NCBI GenBank assembly: GCA_965235115.1
Contig: OZ249436.1
Coordinates: 34,038,001-34,102,000 of the forward strand
Origin: Laetmonice hystrix
Lineage: Eukaryota
Length of the DNA stretch: 64,000 nucleotides
Direction of reading: 5' to 3'
In this document: one piece after another, positions 1 to 13,297 of the stretch
Position numbering within the stretch: position 1 is the stretch's first letter
Layout: the number at the start of each line of letters is the position of its first letter
Made by a program: the position numbers and the translations under genes
Notes under the pieces: generated by a model
Databases searched by the model: none
Told to the model about the DNA's origin: nothing
What the model saw: only the letters and a program-made list of their open reading frames with translations

Positions 1-253
1 AACTGTACTGCAGCGGTACAAGCATGCCATGATACTAATGACATGCCCGGGGTCTTGTATGTCGACCCTTATGTGTCGCATCTATAGTATTGAATGAGAA
101 AGTAGGGGTGAAACATATACGTGTCTTCTGAAGCCTATATCTTAAACGTAGTTCTAGCATTTGTAAAGTCCTGCAATTAGAATTCAACAATCTCTGCCTT
201 GGCATTTACATTGAAATTCAAATTTCTTCCACTTTCTTTGGGAAACAACTTGA

Positions 254-1257
254 GAAGACCCTGCCATATTAGGGCACAAAGAAGTCCAGATAAATCTTCC
301 TGTAAGCTGAACCCAAGTAGGAATAAAAACAAGTTTAGGGAACAATAACTCAGGTTGGAAAATAGGAGCAATTGTCTCCTGGATAAAGACCAACAAGCAA
401 TTGAACCGCAGAGAGCATGGCTATTTGGAAGTGTCAGTTATGGCCCCAGAGAATCTCAGAAATGGAGAAGGAAATTGTTGAAGGTGTGAAAAGGAAGGTC
501 ACACTGCCAAGATTTCACGGGTCACTGGTTGCTCACTGCTCGGAGCTGAGTGTGCTCATCACCGTCAGCACCTCGAAAAAAGTGGGCTGGAAAAAGAAAA
601 AAACTTTGAAAAGACTGCATGCCTCACGGCTGATTATCCAAACTAGTCATTGTGACGGGGCCTTTAGGGCGCGCCGAGCCCCAGACAAACAAATAATACC
701 TGGGTGGACAATAGGAGCTGTTGAAACGGTGAAATATTAGCAGCGAAACAAGGCTGAGGAGGGCATGGGGGAGACAGGTACAGGGGTGAGAGAATTAAAC
801 CTTTCAGTTGACGTTATCCAGGGGTCAGAGGGGTTGGCCAAATAACAGTGGCCCGAGAAGGTGCCCAATGACTACCACTTGGACACAAATCTCTTGCTGC
901 AGTGGTCATCCTTTCTAGAGATAACGTCAGGTGTCAAGGACCAACAAGTACTTTGTGGAGCACTGACCGAGCCCACCTGGAGAGGGGTCTCCTGGTGTTG
1001 TGTAGCATACACAGCCTCCAGTCCCGTTGGGGGTCATTGAAATGTACACATTGTGGCGTGCTCAATAGGATCGAGAGTAGATCACCTCGGGTAGTGGCCA
1101 TTGTATGGAGACAACCTCGTGGTGGAGCTCACAATGAACAGATGCTGGCTGTGACAGGCACTATGTTCACACTGGGCAGGTCGAGGGTTAAATAAAACCA
1201 ACGCTATATGTGCGGTGGGGCCATGGCCTCCTGTTGCTGAGGGTGGGAAGAGTCTGA
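254..1257 (+). pseudogene. Intron-less run of degenerate RCC1-like repeats with stops and frame changes
   Basis: Manual translation: 254-367 EDPAILGHKEVQINLPVS*TQVGIKTSLGNNNSGWKIG (cf. L.G..VVQI...T..G.V.SWG.N.SGQLG); 415-558 AWLFGSVSYG...KGRSHCQDFTGHWLLTARS*VCS; end of ORF 902-1195 VVAIVW...GGAHNEQMLAVTGTMFTLGRS (cf. GG.HS.ALT..G.VFTWGR); 1201-1257 YVRWGHGLLLLRVGRV*. By-eye consensus match only. Confidence 0.45.
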
Positions 1258-3667
1258 ATGTAAGGTCAATCGTTTAACATCGCCCTCCGTCAAACGTACC
1301 TTATTACAGGTTAGGGGTTGGTGCCTTGGTAGCTTGTGGTATCCATCAGCTTGGAGCCATACCCGGTACCACAAGTCCAATTCTTTTATCCGTGCATTTT
1401 CTTTGTATGCATCTTTTTCTTAAACCTAGCAGCTATTATTTAAGAAAACCCTTCAAGCAGACGTGTCGGTTCCTAGAAAACAATAGCAGGGGAAAACATG
1501 TTACAGTCAGCCCAACCATTCTGACGGCCAAGTTGTACAGGCATAATTTAACTACTTATGTTTTTGCATTGAGTCAAGCTAAATAACTTTGCTCCGAGGC
1601 CTTGCTGTAGGCCGTGGTATACCTTGCCTCCGGTGACAGTTTGTCAAGGGTTGCCGCCAGTCGCAGTCGCCTTGACAACGGCATGCAATAGACATGTGCA
1701 ACATCACTAAGGTTTGAGGCTTGGGGAGATGAAGATGGCTGTGCTTCTCTGGAAGTTCTGAGGAAGCTACATCGGCAGCAAGTCATTTATTGATCTTGAG
1801 ATGTAAGGCAGAAATGGCTTACATCAAGCGGATGGTTTGGGGACGGGATGGGGCCTCCGAGTCCCATAAGGAGAGCTCATCGGCCATATGATATTGCATG
1901 AGCCTTGGTGCAACCAACTGGCAAGCCACTTACATGCTTGATCAAGTTAAGGTAGTTTGAGGCTTCCAAATTGAGAAAAATGATTGGTGTGGAAAAAAGG
2001 AAGAAAGGTTCATGGAGGCTGTCAGTATGGCAAAGGAGGTCCGGAGGGGTCGGCATGGCATGAACTCTGGCCAGTATCATCACCCCTGTCTTGTCAGGTC
2101 GGCACCCACTCATAAAAGGGCCACGCCTGCTTTGAGGAAAAAAGCTCCATCTCAAAGCGAAAACTATCGGTTAGATCAAATTGAGGGGTCATTGGGGCCT
2201 GAACTTTGTGCGGTGTCATTGCCCACCAATTTTGTTAAACCAGTTATTGAGTCCCAGGGGTAGGCAGGGTTCAAAGGCACTGAAATAAAAGGTCCGGCAG
2301 GGTGCGAGATTGGCGCTCACGATAAGTCTGCAGGGTCAAAACTGTTCAATGGGAGGGACAGTCCTGGTCAATTTGGGGTCGTCAGGGTCGGAACCTTTGT
2401 GCCCCGCGGAGCCACAAGGTTGAGACCGCAGCTTAAACTCGTGCTGGATTTTGAGGGTCAAGGGTTGTGAATGTGAAAGAAAAAAAGAAAAGATAAATGA
2501 TGTACAATTTAGGGGTTTGAGGACATGGCATTGAAAGGTGTCGGTGTGGGAGGAGGTAATGATGAGGATGAACCACCGGGAGCAGTGGGCCGGGGCCCCC
2601 GTGTCGGCGGGACCTGTCTGCGGGCAGTGGACAACACTACACCTATTATTGTCGGTACGGCCAAGGGATGCAGGTGTGTAAATAGAGGACGGTGAGAACG
2701 GCGGATGAGTGATGCTCCTGGTGACAGCCCCCGCCAGGATGGCCCCGCTTCACCGGACCGAGCGGAAGATAGCAGCCACGGCAGCCTCTGGGCCTCTTCC
2801 CTGGAGAAACGCTTTTCATAAGTCCTCTCCCCAGGCATGCTCCTCTTCGTCTTTCTCCTGTCCGCTCACCAAATCTACTGGAGAAGGGAATCCTTAGGTC
2901 AGATGAGCTTCCCCGAGGGAACATATCGGCGCCTACTATTATTTCTAATTGATAATATTTAAACTGACGGTCCTGAAGACACCTTGCAATGCGTTCTGAT
3001 CCGTAGTAAATTGGCTAAAAGCTAAAAAAAAATAAAGTGGCCACTGTAAAGTGCAGCATGCCTATTTAAGGTTGTTTCATGGATAAAAATCTAAAATTTG
3101 GGGAAACCGCTGAAGACAATTTCAGGCCTATATAGGAAGATTACTGCGGCTGCAAAATGAAGTAACAATTCTAGTCTCCCAGGATTTATAAGCGTGTCCA
3201 TAAAGCAGACAGACTTTTGATGAACTATCACTGTCATGTTCCTGCCACAATCATATTTCTGCTTGAAGACATCCAATAAGTGCTCCAGTGCCAGCCCGCC
3301 AAACCACAATTGTAAAAGTAGTTTGGGTCGGTGATGACGAATAAAATAGTTTTACAACCCTTAATTTTACCGAGGACAAACTACTAAATCAAAACTCGAC
3401 GACAAATTCGCCAAGGTCAGATTTGACACAGAAAAAATGTTTCTTGAGACTGAAGAATGTTGAATTTGTGAATCAGATGTTTTCAGCCATCCTTTGTTTG
3501 CAGCGGCATTATTCGCGTGATTGATTGTTGAACTTTGTCCTAACCCTGAAGTGAAAATTATACACCAGTTGCGTTAAAGATACCCATGTCAAGATACTGA
3601 TTTATAATAAATGGTCCAGAGAATCCTCCACGTAACTTACCATTGTGTATTTGTTTTCGTATTTCAG

Positions 3668-3710
3668 AAAACGACACTCTTTACACCTGGAGAAATGAAA
3701 ACAGTGAACA
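3668..3710 (+). pseudogene. 43-nt RCC1-like (pseudo)exon
   Basis: Acceptor ttgttttcgtatttcAG| and donor |GTAAGT. Reads (E)NDTLYTWRNENSE(Q), cf. G.LYTWG.N..GQ, with Gly codon GGA seen as AGA. Confidence 0.45.
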
Positions 3711-4131
3711 GTAAGTATTCCAGAATTTCTTCTCTCGTTTTTCATATATTGTTCCTAAATAAAAACATAGTAGGCCTATAATCATGTGCACTAGTATTGA
3801 GGGATTCCAGAAAAATGTTTTTCGTGCCAATGGGAATAATTGGCGTTGGTGTGTCGTACTTGATGTAACATTTAAAGCCATTCACGATTATCTCTTAGTT
3901 CAATGACTCCAAAATGAAGACATGGACTATGTTAGATAGTGCTTTAGACTACATAAATCAATAAATGTATACTCACAGAAATGGAGATATCTAATGAAAT
4001 TCAACATTCCACTTGTCTATTGTCGCTATGAAGCGATCGTCTTATGGCTGCATGGTGCCAAAATCGTTGACCTGGCATTGACTTGAATAGCCAATGGAAT
4101 CTATTGGTTGATCGCCCGATACAGATATAAG

Positions 4132-4149
4132 CAACAACAACAACAACAA
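4132..4149 (+). repeat. (CAA)6 microsatellite
   Basis: caacaacaacaacaacaa read directly. Confidence 0.9.
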
Positions 4150-4630
4150 CCAAAAGAACAACAATAAAAAGCGATTGTGAAACACAGAGTTGCCCTCTTT
4201 TGTCCAACTGCTTGATAGTATTTAAGAATATTAGCACTTTTATATAGCATACTGTACAAAAGTCGTGGACCAATTTCATGTAAATGTATCTAGATTTGAA
4301 AAAAGCCCCACTAGACTTGGATTAACAAGGGTTGACTCGCCGTGGACCATAAGTTGGTGTTTTTAAGAGTTCTGTATCATGCAGAATAATTGACGGTCTG
4401 CTGTTGAGAAATGGAGACTGGTTCACAGTTGAGTACATAGACAAGTAGAACAGATGACTAGTGCGACAGGCAGAGGAAGCACAGAGCCCGGTAGTGGGCT
4501 CAGGTCTGTCTTGTGCTCGTACAGCGCTATAACAGGACCGTGCCCAGTACCAAGGTTATTGCGTTTTCAGTTGATTAAACTGCCGTGGAATGAGAATGAT
4601 TGGGGAAGTGATCAGTTTTAATGGTGACCT

Positions 4631-4785
4631 TGAGATGGCGGCAGGCTCTGTCGGACGCAATCACGTGACCGGAGGGGACCAGTAGGAATCCGGCAATATC
4701 TGGTTCCGGTGTCAGTCGTCTGTCTCCCACCCTACCCACCCCCAGCTATCAACTCGACCTACCCGATACCCTTTACTTCCGGGTG
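4631..4785. promoter_or_regulatory. Possible TATA-less promoter-like motif cluster
   Basis: YY1-like AGATGGCGGC (4633-4642), E-box TCACGTGAC (4661-4669) and ETS-like ACTTCCGG (4775-4782) within about 150 bp of CpG-richer sequence. No linked gene start identified. Confidence 0.3.
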
Positions 4786-5881
4786 TGAACGGGTTGGATA
4801 TCCAACGGTAGATCTAATAGGATGAAAGGTCCAGATGGTTAGGATATGATATTTAGAGACGTAGTTGATATTTAGAAAACACTTTCATACTTCAGGTACG
4901 TGATGTAAGTGAAGTTCACCATGGGAGGAACCTATCAACACATATCAAATATAAGATGTAGGGTCTACATTGAGGTCGTTTATATATAACGACCAATACA
5001 GAAGTGATGAGCTGGCGATAAATATAGACACAGGTCTAAGATGTTCCTGTTGGACATTCATCTGAGATTTGGAAAGATTTGAAAATGACTACTCATATAG
5101 TTTTAGGTTGATTGATTGGGAAGCAGAGATCATTCATTAGTCATTGTATCCAATTGCGCGAATTGAGATTCAGCCAAAATGTGTCATGTATAGGTTTTCT
5201 AATGGTGTGCTACTCAGTCGTTTGGTGGCATGCTATCCTGCCCTCAGTGACCCTAACGTTTGACCACTGGAGACTGCTGGAAACTAAACTCAAAACCCAG
5301 AAAAGATGGCCAGAGGGAGACCCCACGCGTCGTAGCAAAATCATCATTGTTGAGGAAGTGGGTTGAAAGAGAAAGTCCTTGGTCAGTATAGGGTGGTTCA
5401 AGAAAAATATCAAGGTATAAAATAGAGGATTCGGGAGAAATGTATCTGACGGAGGAAAAGTATAACATTAAGGTTAAGAAGAGGGTTGTACAGGGGTTTG
5501 TGGGTAGATGTTAATCGGCTAAAACGGGAATATCAGTGTGGAGAGATGTTGTTGGTAAGGAAAGATTATAGGGGTAAATTTAAATTTAACATCTGACATG
5601 TCATTTACCAGATGATGGACACTGAGGTGGCACATAAAAGTTTTCTGATAGAAAGAAGTTTTGTCAGAAATGAGAGGGATATGTATTTACCATTCGTGCC
5701 CTGAAATTGTAAGTATCTGGTAAGGTCAGTAAATCAGGATGGTGCACGAATGACACGAGTTGTACTACATTGCAGCAAAGATTTACTTGCAAGTATTCGG
5801 TGATACCCTGCTGAAGAGACAAACTGCACGTTACAATCATATAGGGTTAAAGCAACCACTCGACCCCTGTGTCGGCTGCAG

Positions 5882-6307
5882 CAACAAATTCTCACCAGAT
5901 CTGTGTTAAGGGAGCACGAACTTATAATTCAGGTCGATTAGAGTTTATTTGACTGGCTGGTGACGGTCATCTGCAGATAATGACTTGGGAGGTCAGCTTA
6001 GGGGCATTAAGCATTCGTTGGCCTGCTTGATCTGGGCAAGGGGCGCGGGCTCCAGTGTCGATTAGCAGTGACTTACGGTCAGCCGAGTCGCTAGCAGGAA
6101 ATTACAGGAAATATAAGCATGATAGAACGTGGGCCGCGATTGGCAGGTCACGGACAGCTTGCATCTTGTCCATGTCAGAGGGGCCGACACCAGGGCCAAG
6201 AGGTCGATCACCGACCCTCACGGCCAGGGGATATGTTATCAGTTAGCAATTATTTCCACCTGACCATGCCTCATTGGATAACCTGCACGCAGCATTCATC
6301 ACTATGA
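5882..6307 (+). pseudogene. Degenerate RCC1-like repeats (about 2 blades, frameshifted)
   Basis: LREHELIIQVD* (5882 frame), AGDGHLQIMTWE then ggt cag ctt agg (GQL[R]) at 5991, and in ORF 6119-6307 GHGQLAS...WITCTQHSSL. Confidence 0.35.
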
Positions 6308-7391
6308 CACAATGAAATGACCATTTCTTACTGCTATAGATCTGATGCTGCAGTCATGCTAATTATAGGAATCATTAAGAGGTGGGGTTTTTCATATAAA
6401 TTTGGTTTTGCGTAGAGAAAGCATGGTTTGGTTGTGTGTGGTTGGTGTGGAGGGTCAGGGTCAGGTCGGCTACTTGCTGGTGGTGTTGGCAATGGGCACG
6501 TAACCTTGTGGTGCCAATGACCTCCAGCCACGTCATGTAATACAAGCGGGCTTTAATGTAAGAGAAAAAAGGCAGGCCACGGTTGATACGATTATGATCA
6601 AGTTCATAGGCAAATATCCCACTAAATATCCTAAATAACAATGGTTTTCTTCCTACAAAAATGTCTGAGCATACAATAAGTAGGCTTGGGTATTTTAAAA
6701 AGAAAACATCATTATTTTAGTATTAGTATATTTTAATATTAGTATATTTACACCAAGCGGTGTTTCCAAGGTAATCATGAATCTCAAATACCATCCGAAG
6801 GTGCAGCTATAATCAAATCACATCAAATTTAATATCACATCAAATTTTGAGACGGTAATGATGATATTTGGTAGCTGCTTCGACTTTCAAGTGAACCTAA
6901 CCTAATATAACCTTTGACACCTTTAATCACTCCATGCAGAATCTTACTTCAGTGTGTGGATTTTAATGTGACTAAAAATGAGGTCTTTATGGCCTGCAGT
7001 TGGCAAATGGAGAATATATAGCGGTCGCTTTGGCAGACGTACGGTACTTGAGTTTGTTGAGCGTTTTATTTTCTCCTGACCAGTTGAAAGCTGAGCGGTG
7101 TTGACCATTGTGCTAGGTGATGTATGGTTTGTTAATTGCATTTCGGGTGCCAGGGTTTGGCGATCATCTGCTGACCATTGTAGCCGGTCTGATCCTATTT
7201 CACACCCGCTTTGCCTATATAAACAGTACGGCTGCCGGACACGGCTCACTCTGGGCCGACCTCTTGCATTGACTGTAATGAGGCGGCAATGGTAATCAGC
7301 TATGATGTCATCGACAGTAATGGCGATCTGCCGGGGCTAGCAACACTTGATCCTAGCTTCAAGTTTGCCACTGAATGATGAGTCTGCGTGG

Positions 7392-7589
7392 TCAGTGGCG
7401 CCCCCGCCCCGGGTCTCCGGACAGCTGGCCGGAGATGACCGATGTCCAAGCTGACCAGCAGCGATCGGATGACAACCCTGACAGCTGCCGCCCAAATTGA
7501 TATTGTGTTACGATTGAGGTGGTAAGAAAAGCTGCTGTTGGTCGGTTGCGGTCAGTAATTGGGACGGGTCCCCAATTGGCCGCACACAC
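7392..7589 (-). pseudogene. Possible RCC1-like fragment, minus strand
   Basis: ORF track SDRCWSAWTSVISGQLSGD has W.....GQL at RCC1 spacing. Weak on its own. Confidence 0.25.
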
Positions 7590-8778
7590 GACGGTGGTTG
7601 ATCGGGGAAGGACTTGCTGTAATTAGTGCTGGCCTGGGCAGTGGTTAGTGTGAGGTCCTCAGGGTGTGGCCACTTACCTGGTCGCCCCAGGCCATGGCCG
7701 CTAACCCAGGGGATGACCGGCGGTCAGCGGTCAGTTTACTGATATCAGAGGGCGAGTCGCCGCAGAGAAGGAGGTGGTCAGGAGGAGGGGAGGGGATTCT
7801 CATCACCTCCTCCAGGGCAGCCCACCTGTTCACTGGACTGTGCTCCTGTAGGGAGGGACGTCGCCTGCAGGGGCTGAGAGTCAAGTAGATGATCTACCCA
7901 CAGACACCACCAAGGTGGCCTTGACCTTCTGGCCTTAAGGTCGTGACCTTATGTCAATTACTTTGGTTCAGGAGGAGCGTCATGAGACGCTGGTAATAAG
8001 TAAGCTGAGATGTCCAGGGGTCGCAAGATGAGCCAGTAATCATATAAAATAGATACATACAGCTGGTACATGCATTTTCATCTCAAAATTTTCTGGCTTC
8101 TGTTATGACATCGATAATCGTTTAATTCCTTAAACCGCATACTCGCCATAAAAATTGCGACCTAAATACCATAGTGCTGATGATTTGATATTAAAGTTCA
8201 TCTGTGAGTGTTTATTTTCTTCTTATGTCTGCTGGATAATTTACATAAATAATACCCGTAGCATCACACGTTTCATTTACCTGGTAAACTAAGCAATTAT
8301 TATCTGACCAGATAACATTAATTTTGTTGACAAATCCTACTACTGTTGATGAGGATCATGACACTACTGATAAAATTGAACCAGTCGGTAAATGAGTTAT
8401 GCCCCCCAAAAAACCAACCTCGCAGTAATTCGACCGTAGTTAGTCCTGTGTTAATATTAGTTCGGCCCAGAGGGCTGGGCCGAAGCTTCGTACAAATTTG
8501 GGGCCTTTTGAAATCCTTTTTAATTTCCTTTTTAATCAGAAGGCAGACTTAAGTAGAGGGATCCCATCACTAAACACCGGGGCCAAGCACGTCCACCGAT
8601 CACGCCCTAATCCATGATGAACTTTGAAACGCAAACATGATAAAAGATGAGGCCACATTTTTAATCGCGGGCAAGGTGGCCGTGGCCGGAAGGGTCATGA
8701 CCCGATGTCAATTACACGACCGAGCGCTCGCGGTCCCAACTGCCCAATCACAAGTGCGGCGCATCAATATCACCAATT

Positions 8779-9051
8779 TCATGTAACATGACCCAAAAAC
8801 GCGCACTTTGATTTAGTGCGTTTTTCAGTTTTGCCCACGAGTCGGTGCGCAGATAAATTCGGTGTGATTTGAAGGTCACGACCCAGTTGACATTGATGAG
8901 AGTGGTCAGTGATGATTGGCTGGACGCCGGGCTGCATGATGTAAGGTGAGCCAAGACAAGCACAAGGCCCTGCACACATCAAAAACGGGAGGCCCGGACA
9001 AATTAAGCTATTTAATAATGGAGATGAGTGACCCTGCCGACCCACATACAT
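8779..9051 (-). pseudogene. Possible RCC1-like fragment, minus strand
   Basis: ORF track DHSHQCQLGRDLQITPNLSAHRLVGK, cf. N.HGQLGR.....P..V..L.GK. Confidence 0.3.
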
Positions 9052-12000
9052 CTGTTCGTCCTGAGGATGGTCATGACGGCCGGACTGACCTCACACCGTC
9101 CTAATGGACCGGTCATCTGTTTATCAGTCACAAAGAAAACATCGTAAAGTATGCCGTCAATGGAGCTATGTTCTCATCTCATTTAGAACTGAATATATGA
9201 GCGAATCTAAACCGTATTAGCATCTTCCTTCTCACTCGCCTGCCAGTACCAAACACGTTATTACAGTCAGACTTGTAAGAGAGATGACAGCTACGTGCAG
9301 ACTTATCAGGACCAATTATAGATTAGTCCAGGGTGCATGGAAGTATATGACTTCATTGAATTTTAAATCAATATCGCTCTGTATTAATGGGTGGTTGTTA
9401 TGTTGTTGTTGTTTTTTGTTTGGGGGGGGGGGGTGCGGGTTGGTGTATATAGACCGGTGTGTGCGTGTGAAAGTTTTGTGGGGGTTGTTATAGGTTTCCA
9501 TCGCCAGTACTAAAAAATGAAGGGTGGTGAGAAACCCCTCAAAAGCAAAACAAAACAGCACCGTTCAAGGGATGAATACAGCGAACATGGTAACCATGGA
9601 CGTCCCATCCTTGAGGGGGTTCTCTGATCGAATCACGCGCTCCACCCTCTCTCACTTTGGGTGATTGGATGAGATTGGGGACGGACCCGTGTCGTGTCAG
9701 TGTCACCGGACGGTCCGGGCAGTGCTGGGTGCAGTGTGACCGTGTGACGGCCGTCCCACTCCACTCCCTCCGTCCCGCCCGCCAGCCAGCCGACCGTCGC
9801 TGCCTTTGTCTGTCGTCGTAACCTTCTGTCATGCCATTTACTGGCCACTCCCCAGTGGCTCGCGTGACCGAACCATTCATAACAGATGATGTGATGGCCG
9901 GTCATTACTTTCAGGGCCGCATTGATTCAATCCAGTGACCTAATTTGAAGAGAAGTCATTGGCATCTTTCATCATTTGCATTAGCAGACATAGCGGGGGA
10001 GAGGCGCAGGTTTCCTTGTCCCCAAGGCGTTGGCGATTGTCGTGTGGCGATCTACTTGTCTTGTGACTCTTGCCCTGTCAGATGGTGACGGCACTGATTT
10101 TATTGACCTCGGGTGACCTTTGCGCCTACAGATATATTAGAATTGTGATGATGAGAACAATATCAAAGATTGAAAGTGTGTGTCTACATGTTCTAATTAT
10201 AAATATTCATTTTATTTGTCATTATTTGATGTGGCTATTCTTTTGTTTTAAGTAAATTGTAAGTAGGTCATTTGATCATCTGGTGAAAAGTTTGATACTT
10301 TTTCAAATCCACGCAGGATTGCATGTTTTACACTTTCTAATCGCATCAATTAAATTCATCTAATACGAGGTCACTATTTCATATTTATATTCATCACAAT
10401 TAGACATAGGACTGTGAATTTTCTTGCATGGATATTTTTACACGGTGAGGCTCGAACTTCCAAACTTCCCTACGTCTCCTTTGTTAAATATAAGGTTGTC
10501 TTAACGAAGGTTTCTCATAATAATCTTAGATATCTTAAACGTGTCTGTCAACTATATTGAAGGATGACAGGTGAGGATAGTGTCGTGGAGTCGTCCCTTG
10601 ACCTGTCACCAGACTCAGGCGGACAATAAGCGCTCCCTGGCCGCCGGGAGGCGAGGTGTGGCGGTAAGTGTTTCCAGTTGGCCAGCTGATCGCGATTGAT
10701 CCTAGTGTCAGGGTCAGCCTCCGTGGTGACAGTGAGGACATGCAGCTCTGCCCCAGTGATCCACAACCCTGGATCCTCTTCCCATCCTCTACGCTACCCC
10801 CATCTGGATAGGTAGCATCCAGGCCCCCTTGGCTCCCACGGGATATATTATATTAATAGATCTTATTGACGGTGAATTATTCAAGGAGCGTGCTAGGTTA
10901 AAGTTAGTGCGTGCAGGGTGATCTCCCGATGCGAGCTGACCCATCTGGGTGGAGGGTTCGGAGTGGATTGAAGGTACAACAATAGGGGTTAGGGTTGTTA
11001 TTTTTTCTGTAATAGAGGATGGGTTGGGTGGGGTGGGGTTGGGAAGGTATGGATGTCCTGCAGTCTAAAATAGGCCCATTATGGACATGCTGCAGGCCGC
11101 CGTAAACGATGACCTCATGTTACCCGTGCAGCCATGTCTGCGACCCCTGCAGCAGGAACTGACCAATCAGGCGTAGCCGCTGACAATGGGGCTTGCACAA
11201 TGTGACACAAGGCGGCGAGGCTGGCTGTAATGACGAGTCTTGCTATAATCATAGCAATCAGGCCAGTCTGTATCAACCGATAGCACACCCTGCCCGCTCC
11301 TCGCGATAAAAAATGCTTTCCTTTCGTGGTAAACCGTAGCAGTAATTCATTTATCCCACAGCAATATCACGTTGCTTTCTTGAATGACTTTTTTGGCCTC
11401 CGATTCCATAATGAGGCGGGGGTATAATTGGGAAAGGGCTGATAGCAGTAGAGCTTTTCAAATATTCATACCAGTGTCGCATGGTGGTAGCGCAGTGCAG
11501 CCGCCGACTGCAAGGGTCAGGGGTCACAAGGAATTTGTCATTCGGGAGGCTGACAGCAGAGATTTCATTACCAACCCCATTAGGTGCACAATAGGTGCAG
11601 AGTTTTTTTTTCACTCATTATTCTTTCATCATCTTTATCAATTTTCATGGTCAGTTTCGAATATTAAACTGTCATCAAGATATATGAAAATGGTGTTTAG
11701 TGCAAATTTATGCTGACTCAATGGAAACAAAGGTGGGGTTTTCTGCCTCTCCAACATGTTTGAGCCGTAGCACATGTGCTGCGGTGGCCTTTGTGGCTCA
11801 GTCTCATACATCATGGTGCGAGTGAGATTACATTGCAAGTAAAAAGTCACTGGTCCTTCACAGTGTAGCTAGCTGTGTCAATTATTGCTAATTCATTGGC
11901 TCCCATTTCACTTTAGTCCGGGTTTACAGTTACGGAATGTGGAAAAATCGCTGCGGTGGCGGCCAGGAAAATAGCCTTCTGTGGAGGCCGATAGCGTGCT

Positions 12001-12149
12001 GTAAGGTTGGGGGTAGGGAAACGTGAGCAGTGATCACAAGGTGTAAGTTGATGGTCGCCCCATCCTGATTTCATCTGCACCTCGTTAGGGTAGGAAATTA
12101 ATTTCTTGGGCGGTGTATGCAGCCATTATGATAGACATGGTGGAGGTTT

Positions 12150-12392
12150 ATGGCCATGGATGGGGTGTGTCGAGGCCCTGGTTTCCACCGCCAAGACTCC
12201 CCATTGGTAGCGAGCCTGTCTCAGACCGCGACCATGGGAACCGTCGCTGTGAGATATGTGCACCAGTTGATGGGTTTGATAAATAAGGGTTATTTCATAA
12301 CCATTGAGGCGGAGCAAATATCATTCACAATTCCTCAGCTCAGCCATCCTTTTGGCATTCCGACAGCGACTTGTATCAGTGAGAGAAATTAA
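12150..12392 (+). pseudogene. RCC1-like fragment
   Basis: PLVASLSQTATMGTVAVRYVHQLMGLINKGYFIT, cf. P..V..L....V..VA.G..H..AL...G.VYT. Confidence 0.4.
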
Positions 12393-12994
12393 ATGCTGCA
12401 CTGCAGAGTTGGACTCGGATATATAAGGTCATCGTTTGAAGCAGCTATACATGTTCGTTTTAAATTGAAAGTGAATGTATTTAGCAGCCTTTATAACATT
12501 CCATCGTTCACAGACCTTTTGTGGGGTATTATATATATTTTGATGGGCAACCTTTCGGGTAGAATAGCTACGGTATTCAGCGGTAAAGGATAATGGCACC
12601 TTACCCATGAGTTTGATCCCTCACTAGGCTCTTGATCAGGATCTGATCCCTGATCCTTTGCACGGCCCCATGGTTTTTGTTTGCTCTGACTTGGCCTGAA
12701 AGTTTGCTGATGGAATAGATGTAAGATTAAAACCAAACAGCGGGTTTACTGTCGAGGTTGCGTGTGGGGGCCGATAGTGTCGGCTGAGGGGCGAGTTTTG
12801 ACGGATGAGCAGGACAGCGGGGGTTGTAAGTTGGGATGACCCTCTCGCGCCACCCTCACCCCGGAGTCCCGGCACAATGGGGTAGTTATCAGTGCCGCTG
12901 CTCCACCTCCTGAACCCTCGCCCTGCGCCCGCCCGATAAGACCATTGTTTGGCAGGAGTCCATGCCACAAGTCACTGGTCTTTGATTCCCACAA

Positions 12995-13297
12995 ATGAAA
13001 GTCAGGACCTTTGGTCTGGCCTGTTATGGGAGCGGGATTGGGTCATGGTACGCTAAGACCGGGGCCATAGACCTCGGACAGCGCCAGCGTAATAACCTAT
13101 ACACCTTGGTGGCTCGATACGGCATATCGGCGGCCAGTGTCAGGATCCGTGCCCCACAGGGTCGCGACACTAATATCCAGCTCTGGCTATCGGGGTCCCG
13201 CTATGTTAGGGGGCCAGGGCAGGGGGCTCGACCCCCCATTACCCCTGCAGAAATATGGCAAATAAAGCCGTGGCCCTTGGGCCAGCAGTGCATATGA
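12995..13297 (+). pseudogene. RCC1-like fragment
   Basis: KVRTFGLACYGSGIG (cf. GKVYTFG...YGQLG) and NNLYTLVARYG (cf. G.LYTWG...YG). Confidence 0.4.

Noticed and set aside
7288-7520. Cadherin-like fragments (ISYDVIDSNGD..., TSSDR...IDIV)
   Set aside because: No LDRE or DxNDN motifs, wrong spacing, three stops.
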